From positions 1,760,001 through 1,824,000 of the forward strand of contig OY781089.1 of assembly GCA_963676565.1 (NCBI GenBank): DNA of 64,000 bases, given 5' to 3'. The stretch's first letter is position 1, and every line of letters starts with the position of its first letter. This document shows, in pieces, positions 1-8,912 of this stretch. Made by a program: the position numbers and the translations under genes. Origin of the DNA: Halarcobacter sp. Lineage in GTDB: Bacteria; Campylobacterota; Campylobacteria; Campylobacterales; Arcobacteraceae. The notes beneath the pieces are model-generated. The model had not been told where the DNA came from. It worked only from the letters and a program-made list of their open reading frames with translations, and ran no database searches.

Positions 1-1550
1 AAAAAATTGAGAATATAAAAAATAATGAAAATATAGTTACCATTGAATATAAGGCATTAATGATAAATAAAAATGTTCTAGCTTCAGTTCAATATTTAAA
101 AAGATATGATTTATGGGTAATATCTCAAATAGAGAAAATTATCATAGAAGAGCAAATAAATAAGAAAATATTGATTATAAGTATATTTTTTGTAATAGTC
201 TTATTTATTTTTTATCTATTAATTAGAAGTATTGATAAATTTGAGATGAAGAAACAAAAAGCTCTTTATTATCAAGCAACCCATGATTATTTAACAAATT
301 TAAATAATCGTTTATATTTATCAAAAAATTTTGAAGAGAAAGAAATATTTGATGAGTACACACTATTTTTTATTGATTTAGATAATTTCAAAAACATAAA
401 TGATAACTATGGTCATGCTATTGGTGATTATATTCTTAAAGAAGTTGCTTCACGACTTAATTTTTTTAAAGAAGAAAGAGATATTCTAGCAAGAAACAGT
501 GGCGATGAATTTTTATTGATAAAAGAATCTATATGTAAAGATTATATTAATCAGATTGCTCAAAAGATTATTGATAAAATATCAGAGCCTTATTATATAC
601 AAAAATATAAGATTACTGTAGGTGTAAGTATTGGAATTGCACAATATCCAAGTGATGCTAAAAACTTTGATGAACTTAAAAGATATTCTGATATTGCAAT
701 GTATAAAGCAAAAAAAGTAAGAAATACATATTGTTTTTTTGAAGATTCAATTAAACATAAATATCTAAGAGATTCTTTAATTGAACAGGAATTAAAAAAT
801 GCAGTAACTAATAATGAGATATATTTAGTTTATCAACCACAAATAGATAAAAATGGTCTCCTTTTTGGTGTAGAGGCATTAGTTAGATGGGAAAATAAAA
901 AACTAGGAGTAGTCTCTCCAGATGAGTTTATTAAGATTGCAGAATCAACAGGTCAAATGGTTAATCTTGGAGAGTATATATTAAAAACTTCAATTAAAGA
1001 GATAAAAGAGATTCAAAGTTCACTAAATATATCTTTTCAATTATCTATTAACGTTTCAGTAAAACAATTTATGGAAATAGATTTTTATGATAAGTTTTTT
1101 AAAATAATAAATAAATATAATATTGATTATAAATATATAACTCTAGAAGTAACTGAGAATGTTTTTATTGAAGATTTAAAGTATATACTAGATTTATTGA
1201 GTAAATTGAAAACAAAAGGAATTAGAATTTCTCTTGATGATTTTGGTACAGGATATTCATCTTTAAGTTTATTGGGTAAATTACCAATTGATGAGCTTAA
1301 AATTGATAGAAGCTTTGTAGAAGATGTTTTATCTGATGTAAATTCAAGAAACATGATAAATGGTATTATATCAATTGGTAAAAAATTAGATTTGGAAGTT
1401 TTAGCAGAAGGTATTGAAACAATTGAACAAAAAGAGTTTTTACTCAAATCAAAATGCGATTTATTTCAAGGGTATTATTTTTCTAAACCTTTAAAAAAAG
1501 ATCAGCTAAAAGAATATGTAAAAGAAAATTTTAAAGATAAGGTATTTTAA
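1..1550 (+). CDS. Membrane-anchored GGDEF-EAL (diguanylate cyclase/phosphodiesterase) protein, 5' end outside window
   Basis: Frame is open from base 3. TM segment, then HDYLTNLNNR, IDLDNFK, SGDEF; EAL domain with EAL, DDFGTGYSS, LKIDRSF, AEGIE, QGY. Confidence 0.9.
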   Translation, partial: KIENIKNNENIVTIEYKALMINKNVLASVQYLKRYDLWVISQIEKIIIEEQINKKILIISIFFVIVLFIFYLLIRSIDKFEMKKQKALYYQATHDYLTNLNNRLYLSKNFEEKEIFDEYTLFFIDLDNFKNINDNYGHAIGDYILKEVASRLNFFKEERDILARNSGDEFLLIKESICKDYINQIAQKIIDKISEPYYIQKYKITVGVSIGIAQYPSDAKNFDELKRYSDIAMYKAKKVRNTYCFFEDSIKHKYLRDSLIEQELKNAVTNNEIYLVYQPQIDKNGLLFGVEALVRWENKKLGVVSPDEFIKIAESTGQMVNLGEYILKTSIKEIKEIQSSLNISFQLSINVSVKQFMEIDFYDKFFKIINKYNIDYKYITLEVTENVFIEDLKYILDLLSKLKTKGIRISLDDFGTGYSSLSLLGKLPIDELKIDRSFVEDVLSDVNSRNMINGIISIGKKLDLEVLAEGIETIEQKEFLLKSKCDLFQGYYFSKPLKKDQLKEYVKENFKDKVF

Positions 1551-2281
1551 TGATTAGATTAAATTGTGATATGGGTGAAAGCTTTGGTATTTGGAAGATG
1601 GGAAGAGATGAAGAGATAATGCCTTATATCCATCTTGCAAACTTAGCTTGTGGTTTCCATGCTTCAGATGCTGTTACAATGAATCGGTCAGTTGAACTTG
1701 CAAAAAAATACAATGTAACAATTGGAGCACACCCTTCTTATAATGATTTAATTGGTTTTGGAAGAAGAAGTATTCCTTGTTCTTTAGAGGAGATTAAATC
1801 TATTGTTTTATATCAATTAGGCGCATTAAATGCCTTTTGTAAATCCCATAGTACTTATGTATCTTATGTAAAACCCCATGGAGCTTTATATAATGATATG
1901 ATGAGAGATGAAAATATTTTTAAAGCAGTTCTTAATGCTATTTCTTCTTATGACAGAAATATAAAGTTAATGATTCTTTCAAAACAAGATAATGAAGCTT
2001 ACGCTTATACTGCAAAAATATATGGAATAGAATTAATCTATGAAATCTTTGCAGATAGAAACTACAATGATGATGGAACGCTAGTTTCAAGAGTACATCC
2101 AAATAGTGTTATAGAAGATGAATTAGATGTTTTACAAAGGATGAAAAACCTAATTGATAATGGTTATATTAATAGTATAAATGGAAACAAACTTTTTTTA
2201 AAAGCAGATACTATTTGTGTTCATGGTGATGGAAATAATGCTTTAAATTTTATAAGTGCATTACAAAAAGTAATTAATTAA
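1550..2281 (+). CDS. pxpA: 5-oxoprolinase subunit A (LamB/YcsF family)
   Basis: LNCDMGESFG, NLACGFHA, GAHP, YVKPHGALYN, FADRNY, TICVHGD motifs; TAATG overlap with the upstream gene. Confidence 0.95.
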   Translation: MIRLNCDMGESFGIWKMGRDEEIMPYIHLANLACGFHASDAVTMNRSVELAKKYNVTIGAHPSYNDLIGFGRRSIPCSLEEIKSIVLYQLGALNAFCKSHSTYVSYVKPHGALYNDMMRDENIFKAVLNAISSYDRNIKLMILSKQDNEAYAYTAKIYGIELIYEIFADRNYNDDGTLVSRVHPNSVIEDELDVLQRMKNLIDNGYINSINGNKLFLKADTICVHGDGNNALNFISALQKVIN

Positions 2282-2964
2282 TGATTATAAAAGTTGCATC
2301 TGTCGATTCTGTAATAATATATTTTGGTGAATTTATATCAAAAGATATATCAAATAAAGTAAAATCGGCTTATACATATTTAAAATCCTTAAAAAATGAT
2401 AGCTTTATAGAAATTATTCCCTCATATACATCTATTTTGATAAAGTATGATATCTTTAAGTATGATTTTTTTTCAATAACTAATTTTTTAAAAAATGAAT
2501 TAAAAGATGTAGAAAATAAAGATTTTACTTCAAATAAACTGATTGTTATAGATACTTTTTATTCAACAGAAGTTGGCTTTGATTTACAAGCAGTTGCCTC
2601 AAATGCAAATATTTCCATTGAAGAAGTTATTAAAATCCATAGCTCTAAAATTTATGATGTGTATACAATTGGTTTTTTACCAGGCTTTGCTTATTTAGCT
2701 TCTATCGATGAAAAAATTATCACCCCAAGATTAAAAACTCCAAGAAAGAAAATACCAAAAGGAAGTGTAGCTATTGCTGATTCTCAAACAGCCGTTTATC
2801 CATGTGATTCACCTGGAGGATGGAATATATTAGGTCGAACAACTTTTGAGTTTTTTGATAAAAATTTGGATGATTTAAGTCCAATTTGTATTAATTCAAA
2901 AATAAAGTTTAATCCAATATCAAAAGAAGAGTATCTTGCACAAGGTGGAAAAATTGAGTTTTAA
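2281..2964 (+). CDS. pxpB: 5-oxoprolinase subunit B (KipI/AHS1 family)
   Basis: IIPSY, GFLPGFAYL, PRLKTPR, SPGGWNILGRT; follows pxpA. Confidence 0.93.
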   Translation: MIIKVASVDSVIIYFGEFISKDISNKVKSAYTYLKSLKNDSFIEIIPSYTSILIKYDIFKYDFFSITNFLKNELKDVENKDFTSNKLIVIDTFYSTEVGFDLQAVASNANISIEEVIKIHSSKIYDVYTIGFLPGFAYLASIDEKIITPRLKTPRKKIPKGSVAIADSQTAVYPCDSPGGWNILGRTTFEFFDKNLDDLSPICINSKIKFNPISKEEYLAQGGKIEF

Positions 2965-3856
2965 AGTTTTAAATTCAGCTCTTTTAAGTTTGATTCAAGA
3001 TACTGGAAGGTTTTCATATTCACATTTAGGGGTCACAAATTCAGGATTTATGGATGAGTATGCTGCCTTTGCTTGTAATAAACTCCTTGATAATGATATA
3101 AAAGGGAATCTATTAGAAATCTCTTTCCCTAATTTACATTTAGAAGCTACAAAGGATACAACCCTTGCTATTACGGGTGCTTATTGTGAATTTTTTATTA
3201 ATGAAAAAGAAAAAAACACTTGGGCTAGCCATAAAATAAAAAAAGGTGATACTATAAGAATAGGAAAATTTAGAAGTGGACAAAGGGTTTATTTAGGAGT
3301 AAAAAATGGCTTTGTTTTAAAAAAAGAGTTTGGTAGTTTTTCAACAACATTAAAAGAGGGGTTTGGGAAAAAACTTGAAAAGAATTCTGTTTTGGATTTT
3401 GAAGAGTTTAAAGGGCTAGAATCTAAAAGATGGCATGAAAACTATTTACCAAAATATGATAAAGAATTAACACTTAGAGTTATCCTTTCTTATCAAGAAG
3501 ATTCTTTTTCAAAAGAAGCAAAAGAAGTTTTTTTTAATAATAAGTACAAAATTACATCTGACTTTAATAGAATGGCTTGCAAATTAGATGGAAAAGAGAT
3601 AAAGTCAAATATAAATGGAGTTATCTCTGAAGCGATAAGTTATGGTTCCATACAAATACCAACTGATGGGAAACCTATAGTTTTATTAAAAGAAGCACAA
3701 ACAATTGGAGGTTATCCAAAAATTGGGAGTGTCTTAAGTATTGATTGTTTCAAACTTGCTCAAATGAAAATTGGTGGGACTATTAACTTTAAAGAGATAT
3801 CAATTAATCATGCCCAAGAAAAATTAAAAAATTTTTATTCTATTTTTCTTTCTTAG
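2954..3856 (+). CDS. pxpC: 5-oxoprolinase subunit C (KipA/AHS2 family)
   Basis: IQDTGR, GQRVYL, NRMACKL, GSIQIP..G.PIVLL, QTIGGYPKIG. TTG start at 2954 after AGGTGG preferred over 2936. Confidence 0.92.
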   Translation: MSFKVLNSALLSLIQDTGRFSYSHLGVTNSGFMDEYAAFACNKLLDNDIKGNLLEISFPNLHLEATKDTTLAITGAYCEFFINEKEKNTWASHKIKKGDTIRIGKFRSGQRVYLGVKNGFVLKKEFGSFSTTLKEGFGKKLEKNSVLDFEEFKGLESKRWHENYLPKYDKELTLRVILSYQEDSFSKEAKEVFFNNKYKITSDFNRMACKLDGKEIKSNINGVISEAISYGSIQIPTDGKPIVLLKEAQTIGGYPKIGSVLSIDCFKLAQMKIGGTINFKEISINHAQEKLKNFYSIFLS

Positions 3857-4649
3857 CCTCAATATTTCTAACTAGGTTTGTTAAAATTTCATGAAAATTT
3901 TCATCTTTTTTCACCTTTGCCATTGAAAATTCAAAAGTAGGTTTTATTATAATCCCTGAGTTACTTTTTAAAGTTGTCCCAAAAAGTATATTTGAAATAT
4001 TATCAATCAAAGAAACAATTGAGGATATATCATCTTCATTAAAAGAGATTATAAATTTATTAGAAAGATACCTTGTAATTTCAAAATCTAAACCTTCCTC
4101 TTTTAGTTTTTCTTTTAAATAATTAGAAATATAAATCAATAAGTTGTTAGAGATTAGTGTATTGTAGGTACTTGCAATATACTCATAATCAGATACATCA
4201 ATTAATGCTATAAGTGCATCATTTTTAAATTTAGCATCTTTTGTTAAGTATTTATGATATAACCATTTTTTGTTGTTAGCTTTTGTTAAATAATCTTTAT
4301 ATATATTGTCAGTGATTAATTCTAATTCTTTTTTTAAATCGCCTATTTGATTATATAGATTCTTTAAAAGTAGGGTATTGTTCTCTTTAATTGCCTTTTG
4401 AGCATCGAGGGTTAATCCACTTGCTACATCAATAGTAGTAATTGCTTCATTTACATAGCTATTTATTGCATTAAATTCATCTATAATTAAATCACTTAAT
4501 TCTTTTTCAAAACTATTTTCATGAACATCAACTTCTGAAGTTTTTGCATGTTTGTCAAAGCATTGAAAATAAATAGATGGTAATATGATTTCATTTTTAA
4601 GAAGTTCATTAATTGTTGAATCGGTAATTTCTTTTAATTTAGTCTTCAT
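3840..4649 (-). CDS. Coiled-coil protein with degenerate GGDEF-like domain
   Basis: DYLTKANNK and ALIDV..Y resemble the GGDEF N-terminal motifs; signature replaced by RYLSNKF. Confidence 0.65.
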   Translation of the reverse strand: MKTKLKEITDSTINELLKNEIILPSIYFQCFDKHAKTSEVDVHENSFEKELSDLIIDEFNAINSYVNEAITTIDVASGLTLDAQKAIKENNTLLLKNLYNQIGDLKKELELITDNIYKDYLTKANNKKWLYHKYLTKDAKFKNDALIALIDVSDYEYIASTYNTLISNNLLIYISNYLKEKLKEEGLDFEITRYLSNKFIISFNEDDISSIVSLIDNISNILFGTTLKSNSGIIIKPTFEFSMAKVKKDENFHEILTNLVRNIEAKKEK

Positions 4650-5872
4650 TGTTTTTCTCTCTTTAGAATCTCATTTATCTCAACAGGTTTACCAATATAA
4701 TACCCCTGTGAATAGTGAATATTCAATGATTTTACATATCTTAATGTTTTTAAATCACTTACAAACTCCGCGACCACTTTAATATTTTGTTCCTTACAAA
4801 ATAGAGTTATACTTTTTACAAGGTTGTAGTAAATATCTTCATCAATTTTTTTTACTAAACTTCCATCTAGTTTGATATAGTCAGTATTAATATTTAAAAT
4901 ATGTTCATAATTTGAAAAACCTGAACCAAAATCATCTATGGCAATTTTTACATCAAATGCTTTTAAGTCATTAATAAAATCATTAACCAAATAAAAATTA
5001 TTGATTTTACTACTTTCTAATATCTCAATTGTTAAATAACTTCCCACATCATTATCTTTAATATTATTTATAATGAGGTTTTTCATTGAAGGGTTTAGTA
5101 TGTCGTTGTAATCTAAGTTTATATTTACATGGATTTTGTATTCTTTAATATAATTAATAACTTTTATAATAAGAATCTCCATTAATTTATTAAATAGTCT
5201 ATATTTTCTTGCTTTACTTAAAAATACTTGGGGTAATAATACATTTCCTCTTTGATCGTAAAGCCTCATTAAAGCTTCATATTTGACAATTTTTGAGGTT
5301 TTATTATCCATTATTGGTTGGAAAAAAGGTTCAACTTTCTTTTCTTTTATATTGTTTTGTAAGGTTGTAAGTAGTTCAGCATTTTCAAAATGATTTCTAT
5401 AAAGTCTTGAGTCATAATATAAAAAATGAATATAATTCATTTTGGCATTATGAAGTGCCTTTTCCGCATAAATTAATAAATCTTTATCTAAACCTTTTGA
5501 ACAACCAATTGTAACATCAAGATCGATTTCAATATCTGAGTTTAGAAGTTTATATTGTGCAGTTATAATATTATGAAATATAATATTTTTAACCTCTAAT
5601 ATATCCATCTCATCAAGTTCTTTATAAATAGTTAAGGTAAAAACATCCACATGGGTATTTTTGATTTCAACACAAACTTTTGAAGCTAGATATTTTAATA
5701 GGTCTTTTTTTATTTTATTTTTTAATAAAGATAATAGTTGTGAAAGAATATAGTCTCCATTTTTGAATCCATATAGTGCATTAATATCTTTCATGTATAA
5801 TATGTCAATAATGTAAATAGTCTTTGTATAATTTTTGTGGAAATGTTTACAAAGCCTTTGAAACAAGGACAT
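4646..5872 (-). CDS. EAL phosphodiesterase with degenerate N-terminal GGDEF domain
   Basis: PFFQPI, YEALMR, IEILES, IDDFGSGFSN, IKLDGSLV, VAEFV, SQGYY; GGDEF position reads THVDVF. Confidence 0.88.
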   Translation of the reverse strand: MSLFQRLCKHFHKNYTKTIYIIDILYMKDINALYGFKNGDYILSQLLSLLKNKIKKDLLKYLASKVCVEIKNTHVDVFTLTIYKELDEMDILEVKNIIFHNIITAQYKLLNSDIEIDLDVTIGCSKGLDKDLLIYAEKALHNAKMNYIHFLYYDSRLYRNHFENAELLTTLQNNIKEKKVEPFFQPIMDNKTSKIVKYEALMRLYDQRGNVLLPQVFLSKARKYRLFNKLMEILIIKVINYIKEYKIHVNINLDYNDILNPSMKNLIINNIKDNDVGSYLTIEILESSKINNFYLVNDFINDLKAFDVKIAIDDFGSGFSNYEHILNINTDYIKLDGSLVKKIDEDIYYNLVKSITLFCKEQNIKVVAEFVSDLKTLRYVKSLNIHYSQGYYIGKPVEINEILKREKQ

Positions 5873-6067
5873 TTTTTACCTTTATTATATAATTATTAAA
5901 TTAGTATATATAATTTAATCTTAAGAAATGTGCATAAAAAGTACAAAAACTATCAAATTCAAAAAAAAAGTTAAAATTGATCTTAGTAGATTATACAGTT
6001 TGTATAAAAGAGTTAGTTTTAATGATTTTTGGATAGAATTCATGAAAATTTAATTAAGGTATTTTAT

Positions 6068-6598
6068 TTGGAAGAAATTATCAAAGACTGGGGCTATTTG
6101 GCCTTGTTTTTATATTCATTTGGTGGAGGATTTGTAGGGCTTGTTGTAGCAGGTGTTTTATCTTTTGCTGGGGATTTAAATCTATTTATTTGTATGCTTG
6201 TCGCAGGTACATCAAATTTTATTGGGGATCAGTTTTTATTTTACATGGCAAGAAGTAATAAAGCCTATGCAAAAGATACAATGAAAAAGTTTGGAAGAAA
6301 AGTTGCTCTTGCGCATTTATGGATGAGAAAGTATGGTTCAACAGTAGTATTTTTTCAAAAATATATTTATGGAATTAAGACATTGATTCCTTTAGCAATG
6401 GGATTAACTAAGTACTCTTTTCAGAAGTTTACAATTTATAATATCTTTGCCTCAACCATTTGGGCAATTGTTATTGGTTATGCTAGTTTTATGATGGGTG
6501 AAGTTATTCTAACGTATGCAGAAGAGTATAAATATTACGGAGTTGGGGTAATATTACTTTTAGTTTTTGGTATCTCATATTATGTTAAAAGAATATAA
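6068..6598 (+). CDS. DedA family membrane protein
   Basis: WGYLALF, GDQFLFYMAR, KYIYGIKT..P..MG. TTG start at 6068 after AAGGT preferred. Confidence 0.85.
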   Translation: MEEIIKDWGYLALFLYSFGGGFVGLVVAGVLSFAGDLNLFICMLVAGTSNFIGDQFLFYMARSNKAYAKDTMKKFGRKVALAHLWMRKYGSTVVFFQKYIYGIKTLIPLAMGLTKYSFQKFTIYNIFASTIWAIVIGYASFMMGEVILTYAEEYKYYGVGVILLLVFGISYYVKRI

Positions 6599-7946
6599 CT
6601 TTTCTAAGGAGTTTTTAGAAAATATTAACTCTTTAGGATATACGCAACTAACAAAGATTCAATCTTTATCTTTACCCTTATCTTTAAAGAATGAAGATTT
6701 AATTGCCCAAGCAAAAACAGGTTCTGGAAAAACAGTCGCTTTTTCAATCCCCCTTGTACAAAAGCTTGATGTAAAAAAATATGAAATTCAGTCTTTAGTT
6801 TTGGCTCCTACTAGAGAATTGTCAAATCAAATAGCTAGTGAGATTAGAAAGTTAAGTCGACACATTCATAATGTAAAAGTTCTTTCTTTATGTGGAGGAA
6901 CACCTTTTAAACCTCAAGTTGCATCAATAGAGCATGGTGCTCACATTATAGTTGGGACTCCTGGTCGTATTTTACAACATATTCATGAAACAAAGATTGA
7001 TTTTTCTAATGTTGATACTTTAGTTTTGGATGAAGCAGATAAAATGCTTGATATGGGATTTCATGATGATATTATAAAAATTATAGACTCTTTACCTAAA
7101 CAAAGGCAAACTCTATTGTTTTCTGCAACATATGAAGAGAATATTGAAAATCTTTCAAAGGAGATTTTAAATAATCCAAAGTTTGTTAAAACTGATGATG
7201 TTCATGAAAAAGATATTATAAATCAAACTTTTTATGAAGTTGAATCAAGATTTAAAACCTCATTGATCCCTAATCTAATTTTACAAAATAATGCAAAATC
7301 TGTTTTAATTTTTTGTAATACAAAAATAAAATGTGAAGAGTTAGCAGATGAACTTCATTCTTATGGAATTGATGTTTTAACTTTACATTCAAATTTAGAA
7401 CAAAGGGATAGAGATGAGACTTTAATCTTATTTTCAAATAATTCCTATCCTGTTTTAATTGCAACAGATGTAGCTTCTAGAGGACTTCATATTGATGATA
7501 TTAACTTAGTTATAAATTATGATATTCCAAGGGATGAAAGTGTTTATACCCATAGAATAGGAAGAACAGCAAGAGCAGGGAAAAATGGTTTGGCTGTAAC
7601 ACTATTTGAAAAAGATGAATTTTTTAAAGTTGAACCTATAAAAGAAAAATTTGAAGAGATTAAATTTGAAGATTTTAAAGGTATTAAAACCTTTGAAGAT
7701 TATAAGATTGATTCAGAATTTAGGTCTTTAATTATCATTGGTGGAAAAAAACAAAAACTTCGAGCAGGTGACATTTTGGGTGCGTTAACAGCTGGAGTTG
7801 GTTTAAATAAAGATGATATTGGAAAGATTAATATTTTAGATTTTGTTTCATATGTAGCTATTAAAAAAGAGGTTTTGAAAAAAGCTTTAAATGGTTTAAC
7901 AAAAAGAAAAATCAAAAACAAAAGCTTTAAAGTTTTTGAAAAGTAA
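6582..7946 (+). CDS. dbpA: DEAD-box RNA helicase DbpA
   Basis: AKTGSGKT, PTREL, TPGR, DEAD, SAT, HRIGRTARAG and a C-terminal DbpA RNA-binding domain (GGKKQKLRAGDILGALT). Confidence 0.93.
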   Translation: MLKEYNFSKEFLENINSLGYTQLTKIQSLSLPLSLKNEDLIAQAKTGSGKTVAFSIPLVQKLDVKKYEIQSLVLAPTRELSNQIASEIRKLSRHIHNVKVLSLCGGTPFKPQVASIEHGAHIIVGTPGRILQHIHETKIDFSNVDTLVLDEADKMLDMGFHDDIIKIIDSLPKQRQTLLFSATYEENIENLSKEILNNPKFVKTDDVHEKDIINQTFYEVESRFKTSLIPNLILQNNAKSVLIFCNTKIKCEELADELHSYGIDVLTLHSNLEQRDRDETLILFSNNSYPVLIATDVASRGLHIDDINLVINYDIPRDESVYTHRIGRTARAGKNGLAVTLFEKDEFFKVEPIKEKFEEIKFEDFKGIKTFEDYKIDSEFRSLIIIGGKKQKLRAGDILGALTAGVGLNKDDIGKINILDFVSYVAIKKEVLKKALNGLTKRKIKNKSFKVFEK

Positions 7947-7992
7947 ATATGATAAGATTTCATCTTTAACATTAAAAAAGGATATATTTAAT

Positions 7993-8274
7993 ATGGCAAC
8001 AGCAACAGCAAGACACTTATTAGTTGAATCAGAAGAGTTATGTAACGAACTTAAACAAAGAATTGAAAATGGTGAAGATTTTGGTGCATTAGCACAAGAG
8101 TTTTCTCAATGTCCATCGGGAGCTAATGGTGGAGATTTAGGAAGATTTTCTCAAGGGCAAATGGTTCCTGAGTTTGATACAGTTGTATTTAATGACGCGG
8201 TAAATGTAGTTCATGGACCAGTGAAAACTGATTTTGGATACCATTTATTAGAGACTACTTCTAGAGAAGACTAA
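7993..8274 (+). CDS. ppiC: Parvulin-type peptidyl-prolyl isomerase
   Basis: ARHLLV, SQCPSG..GGDLG.F..GQMVPEF, GPVKTDFGYHL; ATG at 7993 after AAGGA. Confidence 0.93.
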   Translation: MATATARHLLVESEELCNELKQRIENGEDFGALAQEFSQCPSGANGGDLGRFSQGQMVPEFDTVVFNDAVNVVHGPVKTDFGYHLLETTSRED

Positions 8275-8287
8275 TTAAAAAAAGAGG

Positions 8288-8653
8288 TTAGCAAGCTTTA
8301 TCTTCTACCTCTTCTTCCCAAAGAATTGAAATTCCATACTCTTCATGAGGTATTGCATATTTAAAATATTCACTTCCACCTTTTTTACCATGTAATCTTA
8401 CTATTACTTGTTGTTCTTGTAAAAGTTTTTTCATCTCAAATTCAGAAAAACTTCTTTTGTTGTATCTTAAAAATGCATTTGAATATACTCTAAATCTACA
8501 GGTTGAATCAGCTGTGAAAACATATTGTTCACTATCATCATACTCTTTTCTTGCATTTTCACAAGAATAAAGTTTTATATTTTTACCCTTTACATTTATT
8601 TTTTTTGAGATTACTTTCCCTTCACAAAATGGACAATTTCCTAAAATTGACAT
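8288..8653 (-). CDS. Zn-ribbon protein resembling a stand-alone topoisomerase III C-terminal repeat
   Basis: LGNCPFCEG..YSCEN..CRFRV..SEFEMKKLL pattern; recognised by eye only. Confidence 0.5.
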   Translation of the reverse strand: MSILGNCPFCEGKVISKKINVKGKNIKLYSCENARKEYDDSEQYVFTADSTCRFRVYSNAFLRYNKRSFSEFEMKKLLQEQQVIVRLHGKKGGSEYFKYAIPHEEYGISILWEEEVEDKAC

Positions 8654-8744
8654 TTTTAGCCTTTTTATTTTAATTTTACAAAATTTTTTTTACTTTTATT
8701 TAAAATATTGCAATTTGAAATATTTTACTTAAGTTAAAATATAG

Positions 8745-8764
8745 TATACTGATAATTATTATTA
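8745..8764 (+). promoter_or_regulatory. -10 box (TATACT) overlapping a Fur-like 7-1-7 box
   Basis: TATACT at 8745-8750; TGATAAT-T-ATTATTA at 8750-8764, one mismatch to TGATAATnATTATCA. Confidence 0.65.
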
Positions 8765-8776
8765 AAAAGGAATTTT

Positions 8777-8896
8777 ATGGAAGATATTATTATATATGGT
8801 TTAGTTATTGTTTCTGTTGCTTATATTTTAATAAAAACTTTTAAAAAGAATGGAAGTTGTGGTTGTGGTGGAGATGGTAATTGTTCTAAAAAATAG
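8777..8896 (+). CDS. 39-aa FeoB-associated-type Cys-rich membrane peptide (absent from ORF track)
   Basis: AAGGA RBS; MEDIIIYGLVIVSVAYILIKTFKKNGSCGCGGDGNCSKK = one TM helix plus CGC..C tail. Confidence 0.85.
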   Translation: MEDIIIYGLVIVSVAYILIKTFKKNGSCGCGGDGNCSKK

Positions 8897-8912
8897 AATA
8901 AATTCTATTTTT
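8889..8912. terminator. Hairpin between convergent genes
   Basis: AAAAATAGAAT-AA-ATTCTATTTTT; AT-rich, so a weak stem. Confidence 0.45.

Noticed and set aside
5991..6007. Inverted repeat TTATACA-GTT-TGTATAA between the divergent EAL gene and dedA
   Set aside because: Single short AT-rich IR overlapping probable -10 elements; no second instance to support an operator.
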